In this document: positions 11,631-23,040 of the stretch, one piece after another
Position numbering within the stretch: the stretch's first letter is position 1
How the letters are laid out: each line of letters opens with the position of its first letter
Source: Balamuthia mandrillaris
Taxonomy: Eukaryota
Direction: 5' to 3'
NCBI GenBank assembly: GCA_031835245.2
Contig: JAVKOQ020000090.1
Location: 62,001 to 126,000, forward strand
DNA: 64,000 nucleotides
Translations under genes and position numbers: made by a program
The notes under the pieces: model-generated
The model's input: only the letters and a program-made list of their open reading frames with translations
Databases searched by the model: none
Told to the model about the DNA's origin: nothing

Positions 11631-13153
11631 GATGGTGATGATGATGATGGTAAAGATGAAGATAAAAGATGAATACCCCGGCAGTCTATTTAATATTGTT
11701 TGACGAAGTAGCGTTTCCCTTTCTTTTTTTTTAACTGAAAAATTTCTTGTAAAATTTTGGTATCCAGGAAACCAAATTAAAATGTTTTTCTTGGATGTTC
11801 CTATTATGTGAAGAAAATATGTTAATAGGTTAAACAGTTTTGATGATAATATGTGTAATAGTTTACAATCTAATGGGTCTAAAACCGAGCAAATGATATA
11901 ATATGTGTATGATCAACCTATTAGTACCGACATCCTGGAGAAAAAAAAGAGATGGAGAAAGAAAAAGAATGTTCTCTCTTTCTCTCGTTCTCTCTTCTCT
12001 CGTTCTCTCTTCTCTCGTGCTCTCTTCTCTCTTCTCGTTCACCCGTTCTTTCGTCCTGATGCTAACAGTACGATATGCTCCAGCTAAGAGAACGGATTGA
12101 ACCCGCTTCTCTTCTCTTCATCCTTCTCTCCGCCCAACGTTTGTTGCTTCTCCCATTCTCCCCTGTTAAAAGGAGGGTTGGAGATTCCACCGGGCGTCAG
12201 CTGTTTCACGGCCGGGGCCACAACCATGAGAAGAAGAAGAAGAGGAAGATCATCAAAAAAAAGAGAGCGACAATTTTCTTCCGTTATGGTTGGTTCTAGT
12301 CACCTCTTTCCTCTCTTCTGTGCCCCTCTCTCAGTCTCTCGACTTTTCGTTCAGGGTATGCTTTTGTGTAATTCTATCATGATAGCATTTCTGATAGCAA
12401 CTTTCCTCCAAACGGAAAGGTGTACACCTTCTTAGAAGGCAGCAAGTTACAAGCCATCCGCTTCTGCATTGCGAACCCCAAAAACCCGTCCACGCCGTTT
12501 GTGATAGAAATCTTGCCGTTCGGTGATCTAGCTCTTGTTCGTTGCCGACAGGTTCGACAGGTTTCGCTCTTTTCTTTTTGTTTCTCTATTTTCTTGGGAT
12601 AACGCTTTCTTACCCTCCATGCTGCTCACATGCCTACAGGCTCAATGCAGACCGTTAAGAAAAGAAAGGAGCTAGCAGAGAGAAGAGAGCAGAAAGTAAT
12701 GCGGAAGACAAGAGGAGAAATTTCAATTCGGACCCCCCAAGAACGAATGAATGAACCAAAAACCAAGATGAAAAGCCAACAGAAGAACTAAGAACATCAA
12801 AGAAGATGAGAGGAGGGTGTGACCGCTGAGAGAGAGAGAGAGAGAAACCTCTAAAAAAAAAAAGGAAGAGAAGATTGCAAGTGGAAATTTCAGCAAAATC
12901 ATAAAACGGACCAATGGTGCACTGCCGCATCACTCTTTAATCATCACCGGAAAACTCACCGTCAAACTGAACAGCAAAACTCAAGACCTTTACCACGAAT
13001 TTCGTTTCCCTCAACAACCTTTTGCCAAGCTATAAAATCTGAACGCTCTCGTCGGACTCAAACTTCAAAATCATCAACAACAACCAACAACCAACAAACA
13101 ACAAAAACATAACCGAACAACACAAAACAAGGAGGCAAAACATCGTCATCACT

Positions 13154-14287
13154 ATGAAAGGACTGATAGCGTTTGCTATGCTGGCCTTGTTGGCCACATC
13201 CGCCTTCGCGGCGCCGCTTCGCAAGAGAGGCAACGTGAAGTACGGAGGAGGGGATGTCTCCTACGACGGTGACGATGTGACCTACGACGGGGGAGATGTG
13301 TCCTACGACGGCGGGGATGTTTCTTATGACGGTGGTGATGTGTCCTACGACGGTGATGTGTCTTATGACGGCGGTGATGTCTCTTACGACGGTGGAGATG
13401 TAGCCTATGATGGAGGAGATGTTGCTTATGACGGCAGCGACGTGACCTACGATGGTGGAGATGTCTCCTACGACGGTGGTGATGTGTCTTACGACGGTGG
13501 TGATGTCTCCTACGATGGTGGTGATGTTTCCTACGACGGCGGCGATGTCTCTTACGATGGTGGCGACGTGACCTATGATGGAGGTGATGTCTCTTACGAT
13601 GGTGGAGATGATGTTGCCTATGACGGTGGTGATGTGACTTACGACGGTGAGGACGTGACCTACGATGGTGGCGACGTCTCCTACGACGGTGGTGACGTGA
13701 CCTATGATGGCGGTGATGTGTCTTACGATGGCGGGGATGTCTCCTACGATGGTGGTGATGTCTCTTACGATGGTGGCGACGTCTCCTATGACGGCGGAGA
13801 TGTTTCTTATGATGGTGGCGACGTGACCTACGATGGCGGTGATGTCTCCTATGACGGTGGTGATGATGTTGCCTATGGCGGCGGTGATGTGACTTATGAC
13901 GGTGAGGACGTTACCTACGACGGTGGCGACGTCTCCTACGATGGTGGTGATGTGTCTTACGATGGTGGCGACGTCTCCTACGATGGCGGTGACGTGACCT
14001 ACGGAGATGGTGATGTTTCCTATGACGGAGGCGACGTTGTCTACGATGGCGGTGATGTTGAATATGATGGTGGTGACGTGACCTACGGAGATGGTGATGT
14101 CTCCTACGACGGCAGCGATGTGGCCTACGACGGAGGCGACGTCTCCTACGACGGCGGCGACGTGGAGTACGGCGGCGGCGACGTGGCCTACGACGGTGAT
14201 GCCTACAACACCGGCAGCGACGTTGTTGCCTACAACACCGGTGACGAGGAGAGCGCTGCCTCCTCCGTCGGACCTTTCTGGTTCTAA
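13154..14287 (+). CDS. Secreted acidic tandem-repeat protein, (YDGGDV[S/T/A])n, 377 aa, intronless
   Basis: Signal peptide MKGLIAFAMLALLATSAFA, dibasic RKR site, then ~45 heptad repeats with abundant synonymous variation. A TATA-like TATAAAA lies at ~13031. Confidence 0.9.
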   Translation: MKGLIAFAMLALLATSAFAAPLRKRGNVKYGGGDVSYDGDDVTYDGGDVSYDGGDVSYDGGDVSYDGDVSYDGGDVSYDGGDVAYDGGDVAYDGSDVTYDGGDVSYDGGDVSYDGGDVSYDGGDVSYDGGDVSYDGGDVTYDGGDVSYDGGDDVAYDGGDVTYDGEDVTYDGGDVSYDGGDVTYDGGDVSYDGGDVSYDGGDVSYDGGDVSYDGGDVSYDGGDVTYDGGDVSYDGGDDVAYGGGDVTYDGEDVTYDGGDVSYDGGDVSYDGGDVSYDGGDVTYGDGDVSYDGGDVVYDGGDVEYDGGDVTYGDGDVSYDGSDVAYDGGDVSYDGGDVEYGGGDVAYDGDAYNTGSDVVAYNTGDEESAASSVGPFWF

Positions 14288-14734
14288 GTGGCTAAACTAT
14301 TTTTCATCATCATCATCATGAAAGAGCAGATGCTTTTGTTTGTGTGTTGGTGATGCTTTCTTCTTTTTTTTTCTTTTTGGTTTTTAGCACAGTGAGAGAG
14401 ACTTTTTTTTAAAATTATTGTTTGTGCATTTAGACATTCTTTTTTATTATTATTATCATTATTATTATTATTATTATTTTCTTTGTTTAAAAAAAGTCTC
14501 TTTTTTTATTCAATAAAACGAAATCCGTTTTGTTATCCACTATATCTTTCGTTGCATGACTTGTTTTTTTTTTTTTTCGTTTCCTTCACAGATTTATTTT
14601 TTATTCTTTGTTCTGAGAAAAACGTGAGAAAGAAGCTTTCAACCAAAAAAAAAAAAAATTATAAAAAAAATAATATAAAATAGTAATATAATATAATATA
14701 ATAAACAATATAGCAAAACATAACAAAAAACAAA

Positions 14735-15390
14735 ATGGAAGAGGAGAGGTTCACCCCATCCGTGCCACAAGGCGAACAACAAAAGGCCTACGAGGACACC
14801 GACCTCACCTTCGAGCCTCTTCTCAGTTAAAACTGTTCTCTCTTGTTCACTTTTTTTTTTATTTTGTAACGTTTTCAAAATACTACAGCTGCAGATGACC
14901 TGAAACCCATCCGAAAGGTTTACCTGTTTGCTCCCAACGACGAAGGGGAAGAACACCCTTCTTCTCGCAGCTCTGCCCCTTCCGCCGCTACCGACAGCGA
15001 AGACCCCTACGAGAGCGGCTTCGTGCTCTACAACGTCCTCTCCCCCTCGGAATGCAGCTATTACATCGAGCGGGCGGAGGCGTTGGGGCTGGAGAACTGC
15101 GGCTACGACACCAACTACAGGAACACCGACCGGGTGGTGGCCAACTCGGAGGCCACCTCCCGCCTCATTTGGGAGAGGATCAAGGACTTCATCTTCGATA
15201 TCGACGTGGAGCCAAAGAAAGGTTCGTTGAGGGCTTTGCTTTTGCTTTCTGCTCTCTTCTTTCTTTGTAGTTTCTTCTTATCTGTCTCGTCTCCACTTCT
15301 CTGCTCTGTCCTGCTATCCTCTCCTCCTTTCTTTTTTACGTTTCCTTTCGGTCTTATCGCTCTCTTCTCCCTCTCTGCTCTCTCTTCTCT

Positions 15391-15437
<47 letters not shown>

Positions 15438-16921
15438 ATTCCTGTCTTCTCCATGGTGTCTCTGAGACAACAAAAAAAAACCAACAAAGCCAAATGCAGT
15501 GTCGGCAAAGCGTATAGGTTGGAGGGACACTGGAAAGCTCATCAACTGAACGAGTGTTGGAGGCTATGCCGATACAAGCCTGGAGGACACTTTGGTACAA
15601 CCTACACCTATATTTCACTTCTTCTCTGTTCTAACTCTTCTTGCTCTCCTTTTCCTATTCTTCTTCTTCTTCTTTCTCTTCTCTTCTCTTCTCTTCTCTT
15701 CTCTTCTCTTCTCTTCTCTTCTCTTCTCTTCTCTTCTCTTCTCTTCTCTTCTCTTCTCTTCTCTTCTCTTCTCTTCTCTTCTCTTCTCTCTTCTCTTCTC
15801 TTCTCTTCTCTTCTCTTCTCTTCTCTTCTCTTCTCTTCTCTTCTCTTCTCTTCTCTTCTCTTCTCTTCTCTTCTTCTTCTCTTCTCTTCTCTTCTCTTCT
15901 CTTCTCTTCTCTTCTCTTCTCTTCTCTTCTCTTCTCTTCTCTTCTCTTCTCTTCTCTTCTCTTCTCTTCTCTTCTCTTCTCTTCTCTTCTCTTCTCTTCT
16001 CTTCTCTTCTCTTCTCTTCTCTTCTCTTCTCTTCTCTTCTCTTCTCTTCTCTTCTCTTCTCTTCTCTTCTCTTCTCTTCTCTTCTCTTATAAAGCTCCTC
16101 ACTTTGACGGCACATTTATCCGTAGCTTCCACGAGCGCTCCATGAAGACCTTCATGTTGTATCTCAACGGAGACTTTGAAGGTACAATCTTTCGCTCTGT
16201 CTTGGTTTCTTTCTTTCGGTTTGTTCTGATCGCAACGCAACCAGGCGGAACCACAAACTTTGTCAAAGAAGGACAAGAACTTTACAAAGATGAAACCGGC
16301 ATCTACAGAGCTCAAGTAATACATCCTTCCCTTCTATTTTCTTCCTTCTTGCTTCTTTCTTTCTTTATTCTTCTTGCTTCTTTTTTCTTTCTTCTCCCTA
16401 GCACCTTGCTTGTTGTGGCGTTGCTTCTCAGCTCTTCTCACGTTCCTCGTTCTCTTCCCTTACCCTCGTTCATCTGCTCGAATTTAAAAAAAACCAAAAC
16501 CATAGGAACACAACATACTCCAAAAGCTCAAACCAGAGCCAGGCATGGCGTTAGTGTTCAACCACCGCATTCTGCATGAAGGAGGGCAAGTGCTCTCCAA
16601 CCAAAAGTACATCATGAGGTCCGACATCCTCTTCTCCCGTGATCCATCCTCTGTGGACATTGATCCAAAGGTTTGCACTCCTCTTCTCTTCTCTTTTCTC
16701 CTTCTGGGCTCTTCTCGTCCTTCCTCTCTCCGCTTTGCCTTAGTCTTTTCACTTTCGTTTGTCTACCTGTTCTCTTTCTAATAATTGTGAATACAAAGGA
16801 ACAAGAGGCATTGCGAATGTTGGAACAAGCAGAGGATTTGGAGACAGACCGTAGAGCTGAGGAAGCCGCACGTCTTTATCGCAGCGCCTTTAAGCTTTGG
16901 CCTCCTCTCGAGCGAATCTAG
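14735..16921 (+). CDS. 2OG-Fe(II) oxygenase, prolyl-4-hydroxylase-like (multi-exon)
   Basis: VLYNVLSPSEC, YRNTDRV, LNECWRLCRYKPGGHF|APHFDG (HxD), TFMLYLN, GGTTNF, ALVFNHRILHEG, KYIMRSDILF. Confidence 0.85.
15675..16088. repeat. (CTCTT)n pentanucleotide microsatellite, ~410 bp, intronic
   Basis: Near-perfect CTCTT array that explains the spurious LLFSS and REEKR ORFs. Confidence 0.95.
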
Positions 16922-17077
16922 ACTCTTCTCTTCCTTGCAGTTTCGGAGGGAGAAAAAAAAGAAAGAAAGAAAGAAAGGCCACCAAAGAAGAAAAGTTATG
17001 TCATTACATGCAACTTAAATAAACAAAGAACAAGAAAAATTTAAAACAAAAAACAAGGAAGTGAGACGGAGGCTTCA

Positions 17078-17983
17078 TCAAGAAGTTGTGAATCGCTCCT
17101 CATTGTTTTGCGTTTGTTCTTGCGAAGAAGTTTGCGAAGTGTAGAAAGAAGACGGAGCGTTAGAAGAATGCGAAACTTGAGAAGAATGAGGAGCATGAGA
17201 AGAACGCGAAGCATGAGGATCACGAGAAGCATGAGAAGAATGCAAAGCATGAGGATCACGAGAAGAATGCAAAGCATGAGAAGAATGAATTCCAGGAGCA
17301 GAAGGCTGTTGTCTGCTGGCCAAGAGAGCGGCGGAGGGAGGGGGAGGCGGCAGGACCTGCACGAAGCGCACGGACCGTCGGGAGCGTTCCTGCGGGGGCA
17401 GGGCCATCTCGGAGGAAGGGGAGGGGATCATGCTCTCCCGCGAGGGCGGGGTGGGCGGGGCCTGGTAGCGGATGAGGGGAGGGTGGGCGCCGGCGTCGGC
17501 GGGGCGAAAGGTGGAGATGGGGCGCGAGGCGGAGGCGGAGGTGGGGAACTCCCTCGTGATTCGTTTGGGTGGTTGTGGCGGTCGAGAGGAAGAGGTGGAA
17601 GCTGGCTGATGCTTCGGAGGAAGAGGAGGAGGAGCATTCGTTTTAGAAAGAATAATGGGAGGCTTGACTTTAGTCTGTTCGTTGCTTGAATGGGAGGAAG
17701 AGGGGGTAGCAGAAGTGGGAGGTTGCGGAGGAGAGAACAAAGGAGGGGCTGGAACGAAAGTGGAAGAAGAAGAAGAAGAAGAAGTGGAGGAAGTGGGGAG
17801 TAACGGAGCGGCCTCCTGTTGTGCCTCTTCTGCATTGGCGCCGCCGTTGTACCAGCGATAAATCCGGTCGGCCTCCTCGTTGATGCGTTTGCGTTGGGAG
17901 GTGTTTTTTCTGCCATGCCCACCCCCGCCCCCAGAGGAAGGGCTGCCGTCATCGCAGAAGCCTGAGCAACAAAAGGCTCCCAT
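17078..17983 (-). CDS. Pro/Ser-rich protein with predicted N-terminal dual acylation and His-rich C-terminal repeats
   Basis: 301-aa intronless ORF starting MGAFCCSG (Gly2 plus Cys-Cys), with C-terminal repeats such as SSHALHSSRDPHA. Confidence 0.6.
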   Translation of the reverse strand: MGAFCCSGFCDDGSPSSGGGGGHGRKNTSQRKRINEEADRIYRWYNGGANAEEAQQEAAPLLPTSSTSSSSSSSTFVPAPPLFSPPQPPTSATPSSSHSSNEQTKVKPPIILSKTNAPPPLPPKHQPASTSSSRPPQPPKRITREFPTSASASRPISTFRPADAGAHPPLIRYQAPPTPPSRESMIPSPSSEMALPPQERSRRSVRFVQVLPPPPPSAALLASRQQPSAPGIHSSHALHSSRDPHALHSSHASRDPHASRSSHAPHSSQVSHSSNAPSSFYTSQTSSQEQTQNNEERFTTS

Positions 17984-18213
17984 AGCTGTTTGCTTCGTGT
18001 CTTTTCTTTTCTGTTTTTTTCACGCTTCACGTTTCTAATCATGACGACATGAAAAAATACAACGTGCTGCAACATTTGTTGAGTGTTTGTCCAAATTTTG
18101 TGCAGTGTTCAAAGATATGTGGTCAGTTTCTGCTGTTTTGAAACACAAAAAGAGCACAATAAGAGCACAAATAAATAAAAAAAATAAAGAAAGAGAAAAG
18201 TGGATAAGATCAG

Positions 18214-19112
18214 ATGCGGAGCACGAAGCGAATAACAGTTGCTGCTGTTCCTCCTCCTCCTCCTCCTCCTGAAGCCCACCACCGCTCCTCTAACACCACC
18301 AACACCAAAGCCAACGAAGACGACCACGACCACGACCACCATCACCACCGCCGCCAAGAAGAAGAAGAACAACAACCAAAAGAAAAGAAGCCAATCATCG
18401 ACTGCGACGAATCGACAACGCTCCCAGAAGAGGAGCCAGAGAAGGCGCTGGACTATGCCCGCGCCAAAGCGAGGGACTTTAGTCGCTCGGCCGACCTGCT
18501 GTCGGAGCTGCTGCTGTTCGGCCCTCGGAACCAGCCCCGGGAGGACCTCGTGGGCAGCTACCTCTCCGCCGAGCTGGAGCAGTGCAGGGAGGCCACCCGG
18601 CGGCTGTGCGAGCGCATCGCGCATGTCGCCGAGTTTTACCGCTTCTTGGTGAAGATCCCTCTCCCCCCCTTCTCTCCTTTTTTTTTGGTTGTGTTGTTGC
18701 TTCCTTATGGTTTGTGAGAGAGTGTGAGTGTGAGTGTGTGCAGTGGTGTTTGTTTGTTTTTGAGCGAGTTGGCCAGTTGACAGCAAAAATGAATGAATAT
18801 AGAAAGCGCATCGCTTGCCGTTGGCAAATAACACTGGCCCTGGTGGCTACTTCAGGTATACCGTTCTTGTTCTTCTGGTTTTTCTTGTTCTTCCTCTTGT
18901 TATTCTATCTTCTTTCCTCTTTGCTGCTTTGCTTCTTTTTTCGTCTTCCTTCTTTCTTCTTTCTTCCTTTCTTTTTGCTTCATTCTTCTCTGCTTCTCTG
19001 CTTCTCTGCTTCTCTCTTCATTCTTAGTTTTCTTCTGTCGTACCCTCCGGCTATTCCTTCCTTGGTTCTTGTTAGTGGTTCTTTCTTTCTTATCTTTACT
19101 TTCTTTGTTGTT

Positions 19113-19196
<84 letters not shown>

Positions 19197-19674
19197 ATCT
19201 TCACAACTTAAACAATTAGTATTTTGCCGGACGAACTTTCTTTGCACATTGCCTCTTATCTTACCGACGTGAGAGACGTGCTGAATCTCTCTTTTGTCAA
19301 CAAAAAGCTTTTTCATCTGGTTGCTGATGACAGCCTCTGGAGAAGATTGTACCTTTCGTACTACCATGTTAAACCATTACCTGTACATTTGCTCTCTCTG
19401 CACTCTACTCTCCTCTCTTCTTTACTCTCTCTTCTTATTTTTTTGACCAACTCTTTATGTTCAGCGATTTCCGTTTTTAGCTCAACGAGATACATTGGAG
19501 CAAGTGGCGCCCTACTCTTTTTCTTCAGCAACATCCAAGCGCTGCCGCACCAGTTGGAAAAATAAGTTTGCTCGCCGTACAAAGATCAACCACAATTGGA
19601 CTCAACAGCGTTATAAACGTGGCTGTTTAGCTGGACATTCTGGTTGTTTTCCCGTCTCAACCTTTCTCTCTTCT

Positions 19675-19710
<36 letters not shown>

Positions 19711-19870
19711 TAGTCTAACGTATAAACATGCATTTAGGTGGTATAGAATACCTTCAGTTTGATGAGAGAAAGATAATCACGTGTTCCGTTGATGAAACCA
19801 TTAAAATATGGTCTCTTTCGGGCATGAAATGTCTTCATACTATTCGTGGTCATACGTACGCCACCCGCTT

Positions 19871-19913
<43 letters not shown>

Positions 19914-21634
19914 AAAGATAGTAACTAATTCAAAAATTTCAATTCTTCTTGTTTCAGAGATTGTGTACTATGCCTACAGTTTGATGAACATGACCGACTT
20001 ATAACAAGCAGTGATGACCACACTATCAAGTTGTGGAATCTCTCGGTATTGGATGATGAATCGTATTATCTGAACAAAAATATCCGCACAAACGGGTTTG
20101 TAGGCGAAGATTCACAACAACGGCATTGCAAGGAAGAAGAGGAGGAAGAGAGAACAAAAGAAGATAATCAACCACCATCAGAAGAAGAAGGTAGAAATAA
20201 CCGAATAGCCAAAAAGAGGAAAAGAGAAGGAGAAGAAAGCGAAGCACCGCTTCAAAATGGACATCCTGGCATAACATCACCAACACATACAAATGGACAA
20301 CAAAGCAACGTAACAGAAGAAGACGATATTAGTCTCTCCTACAAGAAAGCTGCTGATTGTCTTTTGGTACTTTCTTATTGTTACTCTTTCTCTCTCTATT
20401 TCTCACCAACTCTCTGTTTGTGCGATTGCAGCAAACATTTTGGGGACATAGAGATTGGGTACGGACTGTACAGTTTAGGGAAAATATAGCAATCAGCGGA
20501 TCCGGAGACAACACAATACGGGTTTGGGACGTCAACACCGGTACCTGCCAACACATCTTAACTGATCATCAAGGCGCGGGTATTTGACTACTCCTTTCTC
20601 GTTCCTTTTTTCTTTCCTCTCTTTCTATCTTTCCTTTGGTATCCCTCGTTCGTTCATTCTCTTGTAGTCTGCTTCTCTGCTTCTCTTTTTCTTTGTTCCT
20701 ACCTCTTCTCTCTCTCTCTCTCTCTCTCCCTCCCCCTGGTTTTATCCGTGCAAAAAACAAAAGTTTGCCGAGCACAACACACCATTGTGTTGTTTTCAAA
20801 TGAAGCTCTTGTTCCAGATCGGATTACAATGAAATTAGCAGCAACATATTCTTATCACAGCTGAGCATTCGTTAAACTGCTCTTATGTTCATGCTTTTTT
20901 ATGCTGCAACATTCGCTTCTCTTTCTCTAGTTCTCATTTATTGTCTTTGTTTCGTTTTCTGATTTTTGATTTTGAAATCAGTTCTTTGTGTTCAGTTTGA
21001 CGGAAACGAGCTGGTGACATGTTCAGAGGATCACACGATACGCATTTGGGACATGCGCTCCTTCAAGTGCGTCAGTGTCCTGAAAGGACACACCGATTTG
21101 GTAGACTACATTCAGTTTGACGAGGACAAGATTGTTTCTGGTTCTGCTGATAACACGCTTCGTCTTTGGGACCTGAGAACGCAAGAGCTGCGGATTACAA
21201 TGCATGGTCACACTGACGATGTCATGTGTTTACAGGCAAATGATTTTCTTCTTGTTGTCCAATCTTTCTCTCTTTTTCTTTTTTCCTTTTCTTCTGTCGT
21301 TGTTTTGCTTCTTATTTCTACTTGCTAAACGTTGGTGTGATTTTTATAGTTTGACGAAAAGAAAATCGTTTCTGGCAGCAGAGATCAAACGATTCGACTG
21401 TACGTTTGTTTTTGCTTTTTTTTTTTTTTGCTGTTGGGCTTGTTTTTATGACGCTAATGTTTCATGTTTGCATTAGATGGGACTTTGATGGCAATTGCAT
21501 CACCAGCATCCAAGAGGGAGTCGGCGATGGAGTTTGGTGTTTACAATTCAGTCCAGAGAAATTGGTAAATCTCTCTCTCCCTCTCTCTCCCTCTTACTCT
21601 CTCTCCCTCTTACTCTCTCTCCCTCTTACTCTCT

Positions 21635-21681
<47 letters not shown>

Positions 21682-21828
21682 GTGTTATCTCTCTGTACTC
21701 TCTCTTCTCTCTCGTTTCCTCACTCTCGTTATCTCTCTGTCTCTGTGTTGTTCTCCTCGTAAACTTCTTTTCCGTTATTGCAGATTGCCGGTTTTCAAGA
21801 ACTTTGCATTTGGGATTTCAATGTCTAA
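18214..21828 (+). CDS. F-box/WD40 protein (FBXW7/Cdc4/beta-TrCP-like SCF substrate receptor), multi-exon
   Basis: F-box LPDELSLHIASYL...LSFVNKKLFHLVADDSLWRRL; WKNKFARR...HNW; WD40 repeats GHRDWVRTVQF...SGSGDNTIRVWD and GHTDLVDYIQFDEDKIVSGSADNTLRLWD. Confidence 0.9.
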
Positions 21829-21997
21829 CGAACAACAATAAAAACCATCCCACGAACCAAGTTTCTCTCTAAATTTTTCTTAGCATTTATTTATTTCGAG
21901 GAACTTTTTTGCAAATTTCCAATCAAACAAAAAAAAAAAAGAAAGGGGCAATACTATAGGCTCTATTGCAATACGACTTGTTACCGGCCACCCTGTC

Positions 21998-22825
21998 ATG
22001 GCGCACTGTAAGACAAAAGGTTGTTATTTCTATCCGAACCCAGGCTGCAAAGGCTACTGCTCTTCCTGCGCCAAGAAGCAACTGCCCAAGCTTCAAGAAC
22101 GAAAAGCTCGCCAACGGGCGCAACGCGTTACCATCCAACAATCTCCCAATGGTTGGTCCCTGGAGCTTCCCCCCGAGGTGTGGTTCAACATGCTTTCGAG
22201 CCATGCTCACCCCATCGCTGTAGGACAGCTGTTGCTCGTCTGTCGCGACTTGTATCATCTGTGCAGCTCTTTCGACATGTGGAAGGCAATATGGCAACGA
22301 GAGGCTCCCGAGGAGTGGAAGAAACTGATCAAGCGTGGAGAGGACGAACTTCGCCGGACGAAGAAGGACTTGATGAAGCACTTTGTCAAAACTAAAGTCT
22401 TCCGTTGCGTCAGCTGTGACAAATGCAAGGTGCTGCCACAGCTGGAGAAGGAATGCGACGTGCTGCACTGCGACATCTGCCGAAAGGAAGTGTGTGGCAG
22501 ATGCGTGGCTAATTGCCACTATTGCGGTGAGGCCGTTTGCGAGAAGTGTGGAACCACTTGTGAGCTCTGCGGGGAAGCCATGCACTGTCATGCGGACGAC
22601 TGGACTTCCTGTCCGGGATGTGGGGCTGATATTTGCATGACATGCAACTCCAGCGGCAATTCCACTTGCGGTGAATGTTCTGCTGAAGAGGAAAAGGACA
22701 ACGAAGAAGACGAAGAAGAAGCAGACGAAGACGAAGAAACAGGAGCAGAAGAAGAAGAAAGAGAGGAGGAGGAAGCAGAAGAAGTCAAAGCGCAGGAACG
22801 TCCCACCAAGAGAAAACGATTTTAA
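21998..22825 (+). CDS. A20-type zinc finger, F-box and Cys-rich protein, paralog 1
   Basis: CKTKGCYFYPNPGCKGYCSSC; F-box-like LELPPEVWFNML...LLLVCRDLYHL...W; repeated CxxC; acidic tail; terminal KRKRF. Confidence 0.8.
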   Translation: MAHCKTKGCYFYPNPGCKGYCSSCAKKQLPKLQERKARQRAQRVTIQQSPNGWSLELPPEVWFNMLSSHAHPIAVGQLLLVCRDLYHLCSSFDMWKAIWQREAPEEWKKLIKRGEDELRRTKKDLMKHFVKTKVFRCVSCDKCKVLPQLEKECDVLHCDICRKEVCGRCVANCHYCGEAVCEKCGTTCELCGEAMHCHADDWTSCPGCGADICMTCNSSGNSTCGECSAEEEKDNEEDEEEADEDEETGAEEEEREEEEAEEVKAQERPTKRKRF

Positions 22826-23040
22826 AGTGGCTGTAGTGTTTTGAGTTAAAGTGAAATATCAGAAAATAAAATAAAAGTAAAAAAGCAAAACTAACCTCGT
22901 GGGAGCATTCCGCCAAAGTTTCCTCCTGGTTGAGTATCACTGAGCCAAAGCCACTCCGCACTAAAGCTGTGTGCGTGGTAACAGGAAAGGGCAATTAATA
23001 ACTATAAACTTGGACGGAGAGAAACAAAACCAGTTCCGCC

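Noticed and set aside
11900..12940. Possible gene upstream of the repeat protein
   Set aside because: Only short low-complexity ORFs; no recognisable domain or consistent splice pattern.
13240..14200. 21-bp periodic array as a CRISPR array or DNA satellite
   Set aside because: There are no unique spacers, and variation is concentrated at synonymous positions of an ORF with a signal peptide.
15592..16324. Long LLFSS and REEKR ORFs
   Set aside because: They are translations of an intronic (CTCTT)n microsatellite.
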